Shown: piece by piece, positions 37,328-48,435 of the stretch
Layout: the number at the start of each line of letters is the position of its first letter
Position numbering within the stretch: position 1 is the first letter of the stretch
NCBI GenBank assembly: GCA_903872345.1
Contig: CAIQKM010000017.1
Coordinates: forward strand, 133,385-197,384
Direction: 5' to 3'
Origin: an uncultured Verrucomicrobia subdivision 3 bacterium
Lineage (GTDB): Bacteria; Verrucomicrobiota; Verrucomicrobiia; Limisphaerales; UBA11358
DNA length: 64,000 nt
Translations under genes and position numbers: made by a program
Notes under the pieces: generated by a model
What the model was told of the DNA's origin: nothing
Seen by the model: the letters and a program-made list of their open reading frames with translations, nothing else
The model's database searches: none

Positions 37328-38770
37328 TCATTTATGATTGCCGGGGACCAATCCGCCGACATCACTCAACTTTTCGATCACCAGCATCTCAATTGGATTG
37401 CGACCCGGCACAAGCTTGAGACCGAGCTGTTCATGCAACGCCTGTTTCAACTCATCCCGGGCAAGATCGGCGTTGGCGTAATTCCTGAATATGGGCCACC
37501 AAAAAGAAATCTTGGCCGGCAGGTTCGTGCCGGTTCGGTCAACCACCGGCGTGCCCAGGAACATTTCACATTCGTGCAATAGTTTGGGCAAAGAAGTGAT
37601 TTGAAGGGTGGCTCCGGAAATTGGCACCGCATGGATATTGGGATCTATTTCCAAAAACAGTACGGCTTCTTCGCGGATTTCAGACCGTTGCACCAACCCA
37701 AATTGCCTCTTTAATTCCACCTGAAGCTTCTCCCGCGGATGGTCAGAATAGGTATCTATGAAATCGTATCGGCCGCGCGGCAAATCGGCCGGAAAAATCC
37801 GGCGCGTAAAGTTGATTCCATATGCACACTCGATCAAAGTCTTCATATCTACGCCGCGTCCCGCCATTTGCCCGCCGGCGGCCGCCGGCATCACCCGGGA
37901 GGCGCCCGGCTCATCGGCATGCCGGGTCGGTTGCACGACCAACATGGGTGAAGCCCCCAATATTCGCATGGGATCAAGGTCTTTCCAGATGGTGGCGGTA
38001 GCCATAGTCAAAAGGACTGCGGTGCCGGCCAACATTGTCATTTTCATTTTCACCCAGCCCATCACACCAGACGTTCCCTTGGCGAGGATTAAAGTTGAGC
38101 TGCCAGCCGCCACTCCCTTGGCTGCCGCAATGACCGAAACGGATTTTGCCAGCGCCGCCGGGGCGGCTTGAACGGAGTTGGCGGAGATGGTGACGGCCAG
38201 AATGGCGGCGGTTGAGCGGACGCCGCGTTTCAGCAGGAGTTTTCGGAGTTTTTCCAAAGCGCGGCTGACCCGCATTTTGGCGGCGTCTTCGCTGGTTCCC
38301 AAAACCGCGCCGACATCCTGAAAATTCCGGCCTTCAAAATATCGCAGCACGAGCGCGTCGTGGTCTTTCCGGCCAAGCTGTTCCAGCGCGCCATCCAGCC
38401 AGGGCGCGATGAGTTTCCAGGTTTCATCGGACGGCGGTTCGGCGGCGGCTTCGTTCAAAAGGGATTGCATGTGGGCCTCGTGTTCGCGGCGTTGCCGCCG
38501 CCGTTGAATGGTCAGGGCGTTGGCGCTGACGTATCGCGCCGTCCGGCACAGCCAGCCGGGCAGAATGGTTGCCGCACCAAGCGAGTCCGCCTTGCGCGCC
38601 AGCAGGATGAACACCGCCTGGGTGATTTCCTCGGCCAGATGCGGATCGGCCACCTGCCGCAACGCCACGGAATAGACAAGATTCACGTAACGCGATACCA
38701 GGGTGGCAAACGCCTCCTCGGAATGCTGGCGGGCGTAGTCCCGCAGCAATGTCATGTCGTCATTCACCAT
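37328..38770 (-). CDS. ECF-type sigma-70 factor fused to a transmembrane segment and a C-terminal TIGR03435-like extracytoplasmic domain
   Basis: Sigma region 2 ([34 protein letters not shown]). Region 4 HTH ([35 protein letters not shown]). Hydrophobic helices ([10 protein letters not shown]..., [16 protein letters not shown]). The C-terminal domain ends [23 protein letters not shown], like the TIGR03435 family. Start MVNDDMTLL (38770) is preferred; 38848 would leave no room for divergent promoters. Confidence 0.7.
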   Translation of the reverse strand: MVNDDMTLLRDYARQHSEEAFATLVSRYVNLVYSVALRQVADPHLAEEITQAVFILLARKADSLGAATILPGWLCRTARYVSANALTIQRRRQRREHEAHMQSLLNEAAAEPPSDETWKLIAPWLDGALEQLGRKDHDALVLRYFEGRNFQDVGAVLGTSEDAAKMRVSRALEKLRKLLLKRGVRSTAAILAVTISANSVQAAPAALAKSVSVIAAAKGVAAGSSTLILAKGTSGVMGWVKMKMTMLAGTAVLLTMATATIWKDLDPMRILGASPMLVVQPTRHADEPGASRVMPAAAGGQMAGRGVDMKTLIECAYGINFTRRIFPADLPRGRYDFIDTYSDHPREKLQVELKRQFGLVQRSEIREEAVLFLEIDPNIHAVPISGATLQITSLPKLLHECEMFLGTPVVDRTGTNLPAKISFWWPIFRNYANADLARDELKQALHEQLGLKLVPGRNPIEMLVIEKLSDVGGLVPGNHK

Positions 38771-38853
38771 TTCACCCCTATCATTTACACAGCGGGGAAA
38801 AGGTAACAGATTATTTTTCGGAAGTTTCAAAACCCGGCAGTTTGCCATATTCT

Positions 38854-39963
38854 ATGCCGGTGCAAATCGGTTCGCTCACATTGTCGTCCAACCTGTTCCT
38901 CTCGCCGCTGGCGGGTTATACCAACCTGCCCTTCCGTCTCGTGGTGCGGGAGGTCGGCGGCGTGGGGCTGTGTACCACGGATCTGGTGAACGCGCGGTCG
39001 CTGCTGGAAAAGCGCGACAAGGCGTACAAGCTGATCGAAACACGCCCGGCGGATTCACCGCTGGCGGTGCAGCTTTTCGGATCGGTGGCGGAGGAGATGC
39101 GGGACGCCGCGCTGGTGGTGGAATCGCGCGGAGCCGTTTCCGTTGACATCAACATGGGCTGCCCGGTGCGCAAGGTGGTGAAGGTGGGCGGCGGCTCGGC
39201 CATGATGACGGAACTGGACAAGACGGCTGCGCTCGTTCGGGGCATGGTGAATGCCGTAAAAATCCCGGTAACCGCCAAGATGCGGCTCGGCTGGGATGAT
39301 GATAATTTGACCGCGCCGGACCTGGCGCGGGCCTTGGAGGACGCGGGGGTGGCGGCAATTTTTGTGCATGGCCGCACGCGAGAACAGGGTTTTGGCGGCA
39401 CGGTGAATTTGGCCGGCATCCGCAAGGTGGTGGAGGCAGTGCGATCCATCCCGGTCATTGGAAACGGGGATGTGGTGACGCCGCAGGCCGCCAAAAAGAT
39501 GTTCGATGAGACGGGCTGCGCGGGCGTAAGCGTCGGGCGCGGGGCGTTTTACGATCCATGGATCTTCAAGCGCACCCGGGAATATATGCTGACCAACGTA
39601 CTGCCGCCGGAGCCGTCCTTTGACGAACGCGTGCGCGTGTTGGTGCGGCATTTGGACCTGATGATCGAGGTATTCGGCGAGGAACTGGGCTGCCGCATGT
39701 TCCGCAAGGTGGCGCCGTGGTATTCCAAGCGGTTCGGTCCGTGCCATGAATTCAACAAGCACGTGGTGCGGATGTCCACGCGCGCGGAATTTGAGGTCAT
39801 CCTAAAGAATTACCTCCAGTGGCGGGAACCATTTCTGGACGGGAACGGCGAATTGCAGGTGCGGTTTCAGCCGGCCCCGCTGGTGGCGTCCTTTATGCGC
39901 GAGCCCGATTCGGTCACGCGCCAGCACATCCCGGTGCCCAAGGGGCCGGTGGAAGTGTGGTGA
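38854..39963 (+). CDS. tRNA-dihydrouridine synthase
   Basis: From ATG 38854: MPVQIGSLTLSSNLFLSPLAGYTNLPFRLVVRE, DINMGCPVRKVVK (catalytic Cys), VTAKMRLGWDD, HGRTREQ, IGNGDV. Classic Dus TIM-barrel motifs. Confidence 0.85.
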   Translation: MPVQIGSLTLSSNLFLSPLAGYTNLPFRLVVREVGGVGLCTTDLVNARSLLEKRDKAYKLIETRPADSPLAVQLFGSVAEEMRDAALVVESRGAVSVDINMGCPVRKVVKVGGGSAMMTELDKTAALVRGMVNAVKIPVTAKMRLGWDDDNLTAPDLARALEDAGVAAIFVHGRTREQGFGGTVNLAGIRKVVEAVRSIPVIGNGDVVTPQAAKKMFDETGCAGVSVGRGAFYDPWIFKRTREYMLTNVLPPEPSFDERVRVLVRHLDLMIEVFGEELGCRMFRKVAPWYSKRFGPCHEFNKHVVRMSTRAEFEVILKNYLQWREPFLDGNGELQVRFQPAPLVASFMREPDSVTRQHIPVPKGPVEVW

Positions 39964-39970
39964 CGGGGGG

Positions 39971-40105
39971 ATTCAACGCGGAGACGCCAAGAACGCGGAG
40001 AATCGCAGAGATGGGGGCATGAGAATGGAAGGACTAGGCGGCTTCCCGCATCCGAAAATTGTCTTCTCTGCGAATCTCTGCGTGCTCGGCGCCGCCGCGT
40101 TGAAT
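39971..40105. repeat. long imperfect inverted repeat (hairpin element) between convergent dus and fucP-like genes
   Basis: Left arm attcaacgcggagacgccaagaacgcggagaatcgcagaga (39971-40011). Right arm (40062-40105) has reverse complement attcaacgcggcggcgccgagcacgcagagattcgcagagaaga. Loop ~50 nt. The arms are built from ~9-nt AACGCGGAG-like units. Confidence 0.8.
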
Positions 40106-40185
40106 AGATTTGAGCCTCCTGCCATCGGCTGCCACAAAAAAGGCGACGCGCAGGAATTGCGCGCCGCCGTATATCAATGATTATC

Positions 40186-41658
40186 TCAGGACTGGCTGTC
40201 TTTGCTTTCGAGCTTCTGCCAGACCAATCCGTAAAGTGCGATCAACACGAAGCAGACCAGCGGCACCACGAACCCGACGCGCATGGAATGGGTGTCCGCA
40301 ATGTGGCCCATGAACGGCGCGGCAATCGCGCCACCCACGATGGACATGACAATCATGGACGCACCGAGTTTGGTGTACTCACCCAGCCCCCGGATGCCGA
40401 GCGCAAAAATGGTCGGAAACATGACGGACATGAAGAAGAAAGTGCCGAACAAAGCATAGAGACCCGTCTTGCCGCCGCCCATGCACACGACCGTTAGCAC
40501 GACGTTGATGGCCGCATAGGCCGCGAGAACCAATTGCGGTTTGCACTGGCTGATAACCGCGCTGCCGCAAAGACGGCCGAGCATGAACAAACCAAATCCG
40601 AAGAAACCAAGCCAGGAGGAAGCCTGCAGCTTCGTCACGCCGGGATCATTTTCCAGCACATAATTCACGAAGAAACTGAAGATGCCGGTCTGCGCGGCCA
40701 CATAGAGGAATTGAGTGCCGATGCCGAAGGTAAAATGTTTGCGACGAAACATATCCCAGTTTTTGGAAACCAGCAGGAACGCCGCGACGTAAGCCACAAT
40801 CAGCAAACCGAATTTGACCGGCTGGAACAGGGCATCAGGCAGACTGAGCAGCGCCCAAATCAGGCCGAGAATCGGGGCGATGAAGAAATACAGCAGGCCG
40901 CAGATAATGGCCAGGGTGAGGCCGATGCCGGCCAACTGGCCGGAGGTGGGTTTGAGGCTGGATTTTTGCCCGGCGGATTTCTGGCTTTCATCTTCGGCAT
41001 GCAAATCCGGCACCTTGGAGACGGCAAAAATAATCAGCAGAATGGCCACGAACACCCCGATGCCCATGTAAGGCGTGGATAATCCGGCATTGGCATTGGC
41101 CCCTTCCCCGCCGGCAAAAACGAACTGGCCGCCAACCACCGGTCCCAGAATCCAGCCGCCGCCGTTGATGGTCTGGGCAATGTTGATGCGGGTGGCCCCG
41201 TGGTCGGGCCCGCCCAGCACGGTGGTGTAGGGATTGGCAATGGTTTCGAGACAGGTCATGCCGGTGGCGATAACGAACAGGCCGAGCAGGAATGCCCAGT
41301 AGGCGCCGATGTGGACGGCGGGTATGAACCAGAACGCCCCGGCCGCAATCAAAGACAAACCGACCAAAATACCGCCCTTATAACCGAATTTGCGAGCCAT
41401 CAGCCCGGCGGGGATCGCCATGAGGAAATAGGCCAGATAATTGGCGGATTGCACCAGACCGGACTGTTCCTTGTTAATGTGCAGTGAGTCTTGAAAATGC
41501 TTGTTGAGGATGTCAATCATGCCGTTGCAAAAGCCCCACAGCAGAAAAAGGGTGGTGACCAGCACAAAGGTGATGAAGAGGTTCTGGCCGTCGATTGTGC
41601 GGAACAGGCCGCCGCCGCTTTTGGCACCGGACGAGGAATTCGATACGGGAGCTATCAT
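40186..41658 (-). CDS. MFS sugar transporter, L-fucose/glucose-galactose permease (FucP/GluP) family
   Basis: 12-TM MFS ORF with the family-typical N-terminal motif LFLLWGFCNGMIDILNKHFQ. ATG 41658 (MIAPVSN...) is preferred; the track start is 41709. Confidence 0.8.
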   Translation of the reverse strand: MIAPVSNSSSGAKSGGGLFRTIDGQNLFITFVLVTTLFLLWGFCNGMIDILNKHFQDSLHINKEQSGLVQSANYLAYFLMAIPAGLMARKFGYKGGILVGLSLIAAGAFWFIPAVHIGAYWAFLLGLFVIATGMTCLETIANPYTTVLGGPDHGATRINIAQTINGGGWILGPVVGGQFVFAGGEGANANAGLSTPYMGIGVFVAILLIIFAVSKVPDLHAEDESQKSAGQKSSLKPTSGQLAGIGLTLAIICGLLYFFIAPILGLIWALLSLPDALFQPVKFGLLIVAYVAAFLLVSKNWDMFRRKHFTFGIGTQFLYVAAQTGIFSFFVNYVLENDPGVTKLQASSWLGFFGFGLFMLGRLCGSAVISQCKPQLVLAAYAAINVVLTVVCMGGGKTGLYALFGTFFFMSVMFPTIFALGIRGLGEYTKLGASMIVMSIVGGAIAAPFMGHIADTHSMRVGFVVPLVCFVLIALYGLVWQKLESKDSQS

Positions 41659-41857
41659 GATTTTTGGTGAATATGGTTCACGGTTTGTTGATGGAAAATG
41701 ATGGCGCACGATAAATATGAACAGGCCGGCGCGTCAAGCCATTCCCGTGGCAAAAACCGCAAGTGCCATTAGGGCGCTATCCGGCTTGCCCGGGACAAAC
41801 GATAAATTTTTTATTTTCCCGCTTGACCCCGGGCATATTTCGTAACTTAATTAATTA

Positions 41858-43078
41858 ATGATCTTCTCCCCCTCCCGCATGGGCCGCTTGAACAAGCATG
41901 CCCTGTTGCGGCAACTGCAAAAGGCCGGAACGGCCTCGCGGGCCGATCTCGCCCGGTCGCTGGGCATGAGCCAGCCGACGGCGGGAAAGATCGCGGACGC
42001 GCTGATTGAACAGGGCGTGCTGGAGGAAATTGAGGTTCCGGGTGAGGCGGCCGAAAACGGCGGCAATACACCCCGACTGGGTCGTCCGGGCCGCAAACTG
42101 CAATTAAACCGGTCGCAACCGAAGTTTCTCGGGCTTCAGCTCGGCTTGGAAGAAACCCAACTCGCCGAACTGCCGCTGGGCGGCATGGACGAGGACCACT
42201 GGCAGGTGTCATTTACGGTCAAAAAATCCCACAAGGATCCGGCGGCGGAATGGGAACGCCAATTGAAGGCGGCGGCCGGCAAGCTCGGCGGCAAACAATT
42301 TCTCGGCATTCTCCTGAGCGTGCCCGGCGTGATTGACAGCGCGGGCGGGCGGATTCTGTTTTCCCCCAACATTCACTGGAGCGAAACGGCGGATTTGCCG
42401 GCGATCATCCGGCGGATTTGGCCGAGTCCGGTGCTGCTCGTGCAGGAGGAGCAGGCGCTGGCCTTCGGCCATCTGACCGTCTATCCCGAGTGCGAAGATT
42501 TTTTGCTGGTGGACTTTGGGGAAGGCATCGGCGGCGCGGTGATCGTGCAGGGCAAACCGCTCGCCAATCCCCTGCCCATCAGCGGCGAACTGGGGCACAC
42601 GCCCGTGCTGGGCAACCGGCGCGAATGCGGTTGTGGCGCGACCGGCTGCATTGAAACGCTGCTCTCCACGCGCGGCCTGCTGGAAAGTTTTTCCCAAACC
42701 CACCCCAAAAAAACCAAGAGCTGGCACGCCCTGGCGGAACATCTCGCGGAGAATGCCCTGGAGCCGTGGCTCGTGGAATCGCTGGAAGCCGCCGCCGCCG
42801 TGATTGCGGGGGCCCTGAATGTGCTGGGCCTGCGCCATGTGGTGATCACCGGCAGCCTGAACGAATTGCCGCCCACCGTGGTGGAGCATCTGGCCACCGC
42901 CATCAAGCGCGGAGCCATGTGGGCCCGTTTCGGCGAGGTAACCTGCCTCACCCCGCCCCGCCGCCGGACGGCCGGGCTGGCCGCCCTGGGCATTGACCAT
43001 TTTCTCGTTCCCGGCGACAGCCATCGTCACGCCGGCAAGATTCCCTTTTCGCGCGAGTTACAACGCACGGAAGCTTAG
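41858..43078 (+). CDS. ROK-family transcriptional regulator (XylR-like)
   Basis: N-terminal winged HTH ([45 protein letters not shown]) plus a ROK sugar-kinase-like body with the zinc motif [21 protein letters not shown]. Immediately upstream of xylA. Confidence 0.85.
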   Translation: MIFSPSRMGRLNKHALLRQLQKAGTASRADLARSLGMSQPTAGKIADALIEQGVLEEIEVPGEAAENGGNTPRLGRPGRKLQLNRSQPKFLGLQLGLEETQLAELPLGGMDEDHWQVSFTVKKSHKDPAAEWERQLKAAAGKLGGKQFLGILLSVPGVIDSAGGRILFSPNIHWSETADLPAIIRRIWPSPVLLVQEEQALAFGHLTVYPECEDFLLVDFGEGIGGAVIVQGKPLANPLPISGELGHTPVLGNRRECGCGATGCIETLLSTRGLLESFSQTHPKKTKSWHALAEHLAENALEPWLVESLEAAAAVIAGALNVLGLRHVVITGSLNELPPTVVEHLATAIKRGAMWARFGEVTCLTPPRRRTAGLAALGIDHFLVPGDSHRHAGKIPFSRELQRTEA

Positions 43079-43101
43079 CAAACCAACAAAACCAAAGTAC
43101 C

Positions 43102-44415
43102 ATGAAATCAGCGTTCCCCAACATCAGCAGCATCGCCTACGAAGGTCCCCAGTCGAAAAACCCGCTGGCCTTCAAACATTACAATCCCGAGGAAATCGTC
43201 GAAGGCAAAACCCTGCGCGAACATCTCCGGTTCGCCGTGGTTTACTGGCACACCTTTCGCGGCACGGGCAGCGATCCGTTCGGCGCCGGCACCATGCAGC
43301 GTCCGTGGGACGACGGTTCCAACTCCGTGAAGAACGCGCAAAAACGCGCGCGCGTGGCGTTTGAATTCATCCAGAAACTCGGCGCGCCTTACTATTGCTG
43401 GCATGACCGCGATGTGGCGCCGGAAGGCAAAACGCTCGCGGAATCGAACAAGAATTTTGACGCGGTCGCGGAAGTTTTGCAGGAAGAGCAGGAACGCACC
43501 GGCGTGAAGCTGCTGTGGGGCACGGCGAATCTGTTCTCCAATCCCCGCTTCGTGCATGGCGCAAGCACGAGCTGCAACGCCGATGTGTTTGCGTTCGCCG
43601 CCGCACAGGTGAAGAAAGCCATGGAAGTCACGCATGAACTCGGTGGCGAAGGCTACACGTTCTGGGGCGGCCGCGAAGGTTACATGACCCTGCTCAACAC
43701 GGACATGAAGCGCGAGCAGGAACACCTCGCCAAACTGCTGCACCTGGCCGTGGGCTACAAGAAACAGATCGGCTTCAAAGGCCAGTTCTACATCGAGCCC
43801 AAGCCGAAAGAACCGACCAAGCACCAGTACGATTCCGACGCGGCGGCCTGCCTGAATTTCCTCCGCGAATATGATCTGCTGCCCCATTTCAAGCTGAACA
43901 TCGAAACGAATCACGCCACGCTGGCGGGTCATACGATGCAGCACGAACTGGAAACGGCCGGCGCGGCCGGTGCGCTGGGTTCGATTGACGCCAACACCGG
44001 CGACGAGCTGCTGGGCTGGGACACCGACCAGTTCCCCACGAACATTTACCTGACCACCTACACGATGCTGTCCGTCCTGAAATACGGCGGCTTCACCACC
44101 GGCGGCGTGAATTTCGACGCCAAGGTGCGCCGCGAAAGCTTCGAACCCATCGACCTGTTCTACGCCCACATCGGCGGAATGGACGCGTTTGCGCGCGGCC
44201 TCAAGATTGCCGCCGCCATCCGCAAGGACGGCCGCCTGGCGGAATTCGTCAAGCAACGCTATGCCTCCTGGGACACCGGCATCGGCGCGAAGATCGAATC
44301 CGGCAAGGCCAGCCTCAAGGAAATCGAAGCCTACATCCTGAAGCAGGGCGAAGTGACGCCGAACACGAGCGGCCGCCAGGAATATCTCGAAAATCTCATC
44401 AACGAATTCATCTGA
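43102..44415 (+). CDS. xylA: xylose isomerase
   Basis: 437 aa: [26 protein letters not shown]-type region (YYCWHDRD), [21 protein letters not shown]. Canonical class II XylA motifs. Confidence 0.95.
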   Translation: MKSAFPNISSIAYEGPQSKNPLAFKHYNPEEIVEGKTLREHLRFAVVYWHTFRGTGSDPFGAGTMQRPWDDGSNSVKNAQKRARVAFEFIQKLGAPYYCWHDRDVAPEGKTLAESNKNFDAVAEVLQEEQERTGVKLLWGTANLFSNPRFVHGASTSCNADVFAFAAAQVKKAMEVTHELGGEGYTFWGGREGYMTLLNTDMKREQEHLAKLLHLAVGYKKQIGFKGQFYIEPKPKEPTKHQYDSDAAACLNFLREYDLLPHFKLNIETNHATLAGHTMQHELETAGAAGALGSIDANTGDELLGWDTDQFPTNIYLTTYTMLSVLKYGGFTTGGVNFDAKVRRESFEPIDLFYAHIGGMDAFARGLKIAAAIRKDGRLAEFVKQRYASWDTGIGAKIESGKASLKEIEAYILKQGEVTPNTSGRQEYLENLINEFI

Positions 44416-44453
44416 TCAACATCTAAACACACCCAACCCAATTGCAACCCTTT

Positions 44454-45968
44454 ATGAACATCAACCTGAAGCAGTTTGAAGTCTGGTTTGTCACCGGCAG
44501 CCAGCATTTGTACGGACCGGAAACCCTCAAGGCCGTGGCGCAGCATTCGCAGGAAATTGCGAAAGCGCTGAATGTCGCCCCAGCCATCCCGGTCAAGGTG
44601 GTGTTCAAGCCGGTGCTCGTCACGCCGGACGCGGTCACCGAATTGTGCCAGGCGGCGAATAACGCCGCCAAGTGCATCGGGCTGATCACGTGGTGTCATA
44701 CGTTCTCGCCGTCCAAGATGTGGATCAACGGCCTGAAGCAGCTGCGCAAGCCGGTGGCGCATCTGCACACGCAATACAATCGCGACATTCCGTGGGCGAG
44801 CATCGACATGGATTTCATGAACATGAACCAGGCCGCCCACGGCGACCGCGAGCACGGCTTCATCTGGAGCCGGCTGCGGTTGAGCCGCAAGGTCGTCGTC
44901 GGTTTCTGGCAGGAAACGGCCGTGCAGGCCAAGCTGGGCGCCTGGGCGCGCGCGGCGGCGGCGTGGGCCGACTGGCAGACGGCCAAGTTCGCGCGTTTTG
45001 GCGACAACATGCGCGAAGTGGCCGTGACCGAAGGCGACAAGGTGGCGGCGCAGATCAAGTTCGGCTTTGCCGTGAACGGCTATGGCGTGGGCGATCTGGT
45101 GAAGTACGTCACCGAAGTGTCGGACAAGGAAATTGACGCGCTCGTCAAAACGTACGAAGACGTTTACGAAGTGGCCAAGGACCTGCAAAAAGGCGGCAAA
45201 CGGCACAAATCCATCCGCGAAGCGGCGCGCATTGAACTCGGCATGAGGGCATTTCTGACGACGGGCGGCTTCAAAGGCTTTACCACCACGTTTGAAGATC
45301 TGCATGGCTTGGCGCAGTTGCCGGGCTTGGCCCCGCAGCGGTTCATGGCGGAAGGCTACGGCTTCGCGGGCGAAGGCGACTGGAAGACGGCCGCGCTGGT
45401 GCGCGCCATGAAGGTCATGGCCGCAGGCTTGAAGGGCGGCACGTCCTTCATGGAAGATTACACCTATCACCTGAACCCCGGCGGCAAGGTGGTTCTGGGC
45501 GCGCACATGCTGGAAATCTGCCCGAGCATTGCCGATGGCAAGGCGTCGTTGCAGGTACACCCCTTGGGCATCGGCGGCAAGGCCGATCCGGCCCGCCTCG
45601 TGTTCAACACGCCGGCCGGTCCCGCGCTGAATGCGGCGCTCATGGATTTCGGCAACCGCTTCCGCCTGCTCATCAACGAAGTGGACACGGTGAAACCCGA
45701 GCAACCCATGCCGAAACTGCCCGTGGCGCAGGCGGTGTGGCAGTGCCGGCCGAATTTCGAGGACGCCTGCGCGGCCTGGATTTACGCGGGCGGCGCGCAT
45801 CACACCGGCTTCAGCCATGCGGTCACCACCGAGATGTTGGAAGACTTCGGCGCGATCGCCGGCCTGGAAGTGGTCGTCATTGACGCCGACACGAAGCTGC
45901 GCCAGTTCAAGCAGGAACTGGTCTGGAACGATTGCGCGTACGGCCTGAAGAGCGGCTGGGTTTCCTAA
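44454..45968 (+). CDS. araA: L-arabinose isomerase
   Basis: [25 protein letters not shown] and later FMEDYTYH and GAHMLE motifs. 504 aa from ATG 44454; the track TTG start is 44442. Confidence 0.95.
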   Translation: MNINLKQFEVWFVTGSQHLYGPETLKAVAQHSQEIAKALNVAPAIPVKVVFKPVLVTPDAVTELCQAANNAAKCIGLITWCHTFSPSKMWINGLKQLRKPVAHLHTQYNRDIPWASIDMDFMNMNQAAHGDREHGFIWSRLRLSRKVVVGFWQETAVQAKLGAWARAAAAWADWQTAKFARFGDNMREVAVTEGDKVAAQIKFGFAVNGYGVGDLVKYVTEVSDKEIDALVKTYEDVYEVAKDLQKGGKRHKSIREAARIELGMRAFLTTGGFKGFTTTFEDLHGLAQLPGLAPQRFMAEGYGFAGEGDWKTAALVRAMKVMAAGLKGGTSFMEDYTYHLNPGGKVVLGAHMLEICPSIADGKASLQVHPLGIGGKADPARLVFNTPAGPALNAALMDFGNRFRLLINEVDTVKPEQPMPKLPVAQAVWQCRPNFEDACAAWIYAGGAHHTGFSHAVTTEMLEDFGAIAGLEVVVIDADTKLRQFKQELVWNDCAYGLKSGWVS

Positions 45969-46017
45969 GCCGCCCCCACTACCAACCAATCCAACGCCTC
46001 GAAGAAAATTGCTCCCC

Positions 46018-48399
46018 ATGAAGAACGATTGTGTCAAATCCTGGCTGACCGGCGCGGTGCTGGCGGCCATCATTTCAACCAACGCCGAGCCGGCGAAAAT
46101 ATCGGTGTCCGTGGACAAACCCGGCCACGAGATAGCGCCGACGCTGTGGGGCATTTTCTTCGAGGACATCAACCTCTCCGCCGACGGCGGCATCTATCCG
46201 GAAATGGTGCGCAACCGGTCGTTTGAGGACGCGGACAAACCGACGGACTGGAACATCAGCGGCGCGGTGGCCAAGATTGACGACAGCCACCCGCTTAACC
46301 CCTTCAACCGCCGCAGTCTGCTGCTGAAAACGGACGGGGCGTTCATCGTGGAAAACTCCGGTTACTGGGGCATGAATATCGTCGCCGGTGAAACGTACCG
46401 GCTGAAGCTGGCGGCGCGGGCCGCCGCCGGTTTCAATGGTCCGCTTACGGTGACGCTGCTGGGCGTGGATGGCAAGGAGTTGGCCGCCGGCGAACTGCCG
46501 TCCCCCACGGGCGACTGGAAATATTACACGCTGGAACTGAAGGCCGCCGGCACCGACCCCAACGCCAAGCTGGAAATTTCCGGCAAGAGCAAGGGCAGCC
46601 TGAGTCTCGACATGGTGTCGTTGCTCCCGGAAAGGACCTGGAAAGATCACGGCCTGCGCGTGGACCTGGCCGAATCGCTGGATGCGCTGCATCCCTCCTT
46701 TTTGCGCTTTCCCGGCGGCTGCTGGGTGGAGGGCGATGATTTCGCGCACATGAACCATTGGAAGAACACCATTGGCAATATTGATACGCGCACCCCGCTG
46801 TGGAACATCTGGGGCTATTACGCCACGCATGGCCTGGGTTTCTACGAATACCTGCAACTCGCCGAAGACCTCGGCGCCGAACCGCTGTTTTGCATCAACG
46901 TGGGCATGTCGCATCATGAAGTCATTCCGCTCGACCGGATGGATCAGTGGGTGCAGGACGCTTTGGACGCGGTGGAATTTGCCAACGGTCCCACTAACAC
47001 CCTCTGGGGCGCGCGCCGCGCACAGATGGGCCATCCCGCGCCGTTCAACCTCAAGTACATGGAAATCGGCAATGAAAACGGCGGACCGAACTACCTGGCC
47101 CGCTGGCCGCTGTATGTCAACGCCCTGCGCGCGAAATATCCCTACCTGCAATTTGTCTGCAACTCGGATCTGGGCGGCGGCCCCTATCCCAAAACACCGG
47201 CCCCGGATTTTGTGGACGAACATTATTATGAATCGCCGGAATCCTTCATGAACCGGGCCGGCCAGTATGACAATTATAACCGCAAGGGCCCGAAGATTTT
47301 CATCGGCGAATACGCGGTCACCTCCAAGTGCGGTAAGGGCAATTTGCGCGCCGCCATTGGCGAAGCCGCCTTCATGACCGGCATGGAGCGCAATTCCGAC
47401 ATCGTCCGGATGGCCAGCTACGCCCCGCTGCTGGTGAACCTCAATCACCGCGCGTGGAATCCCGACCTGATCAATTTCGACAGCTCCAAATGGTACGGCC
47501 TGCCGGGCTACTACGTGCAGCAGATGTTCAGCCGCAACCGGGGTGACGTCACCCTGCCCGTGGCGGTGGATTCCCCGCAAGCCGAAACCAGCTCCACCAA
47601 GGGCCAGATCGGCGTGGGCACCTGGAACACGGCGGCCGAGTACAAGGATGTCAAAGTCACCGCCCCGGACGGGAAAGTGCTGTTCACCTCGGATTTTTCG
47701 AAAAATTCCGAGGGCTGGAAAAAACTCGGCGGCGGCGAATGGACCGTGGCCGACGGAGCCTTGCAGGAAAATTCCGAGAAGGAATTTGTGCGTGCGCTCG
47801 CGGGCGACCGCAGTTGGTCGGATTACACCCTTACCCTGAAGGCGCGCAAACTTCATGGCGCGGAAGGGTTCCTGATTTTGTTCCACATCGCCGGTGATGA
47901 AGACCGCGTTTGGTGGAATCTGGGCGGCTGGGTCAACACGCAGGATGCGATTGAAAATGGCGGCACGATCGACAGCAAACCCGGCCACATTGAAACCGAC
48001 CGCTGGTATGACATCAAGGTCGTGATCAGCGGCAAAAATGCGAAGTGCTACCTGGACGGGCAACTGGTCCATGATGTGAACTATGAATCGGACAGCAAGG
48101 TCAAGGCGCTCTACGCCTGCTCCTCGCTGGATAAGCAAACGGGCGAAGTCATCGTGAAGGTGGTAAACACCGACGCCAATCCCCTCGCCACCACGGTGGA
48201 ACTGTCAGGCATTGGCGGTTTGACCGGCCAGGGCACGGCCACGGTGCTGACCTCGGACAGCCCGTCGGACGAAAACTCACTGGCGGAGCCGACCAAGGTT
48301 GCACCCAAGACCGAAACGTTTGACATCAGCGGCACCAGCCTGACCCGCGCGTTCCCCGGCAATTCCTTCACGGTGCTGCGCCTCAAAACCAAAAACTAA
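46018..48399 (+). CDS. alpha-L-arabinofuranosidase, GH51 family, secreted, with C-terminal jelly-roll module
   Basis: HPAPFNLKYMEIGNENGG, GPKIFIGEYAVTS, EAAFMTGMERNSDIVRMASYAPL. N-terminal signal/anchor KSWLTGAVLAAIISTNA. Lectin-like module GQIGVGTWNTAAEYKDVKV...HGAEGFLILFH. ATG at 46018. Confidence 0.9.
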   Translation: MKNDCVKSWLTGAVLAAIISTNAEPAKISVSVDKPGHEIAPTLWGIFFEDINLSADGGIYPEMVRNRSFEDADKPTDWNISGAVAKIDDSHPLNPFNRRSLLLKTDGAFIVENSGYWGMNIVAGETYRLKLAARAAAGFNGPLTVTLLGVDGKELAAGELPSPTGDWKYYTLELKAAGTDPNAKLEISGKSKGSLSLDMVSLLPERTWKDHGLRVDLAESLDALHPSFLRFPGGCWVEGDDFAHMNHWKNTIGNIDTRTPLWNIWGYYATHGLGFYEYLQLAEDLGAEPLFCINVGMSHHEVIPLDRMDQWVQDALDAVEFANGPTNTLWGARRAQMGHPAPFNLKYMEIGNENGGPNYLARWPLYVNALRAKYPYLQFVCNSDLGGGPYPKTPAPDFVDEHYYESPESFMNRAGQYDNYNRKGPKIFIGEYAVTSKCGKGNLRAAIGEAAFMTGMERNSDIVRMASYAPLLVNLNHRAWNPDLINFDSSKWYGLPGYYVQQMFSRNRGDVTLPVAVDSPQAETSSTKGQIGVGTWNTAAEYKDVKVTAPDGKVLFTSDFSKNSEGWKKLGGGEWTVADGALQENSEKEFVRALAGDRSWSDYTLTLKARKLHGAEGFLILFHIAGDEDRVWWNLGGWVNTQDAIENGGTIDSKPGHIETDRWYDIKVVISGKNAKCYLDGQLVHDVNYESDSKVKALYACSSLDKQTGEVIVKVVNTDANPLATTVELSGIGGLTGQGTATVLTSDSPSDENSLAEPTKVAPKTETFDISGTSLTRAFPGNSFTVLRLKTKN

Positions 48400-48435
48400 C
48401 CCCGGCGCAACCTTACAACTATCAGACCTTTTTTC

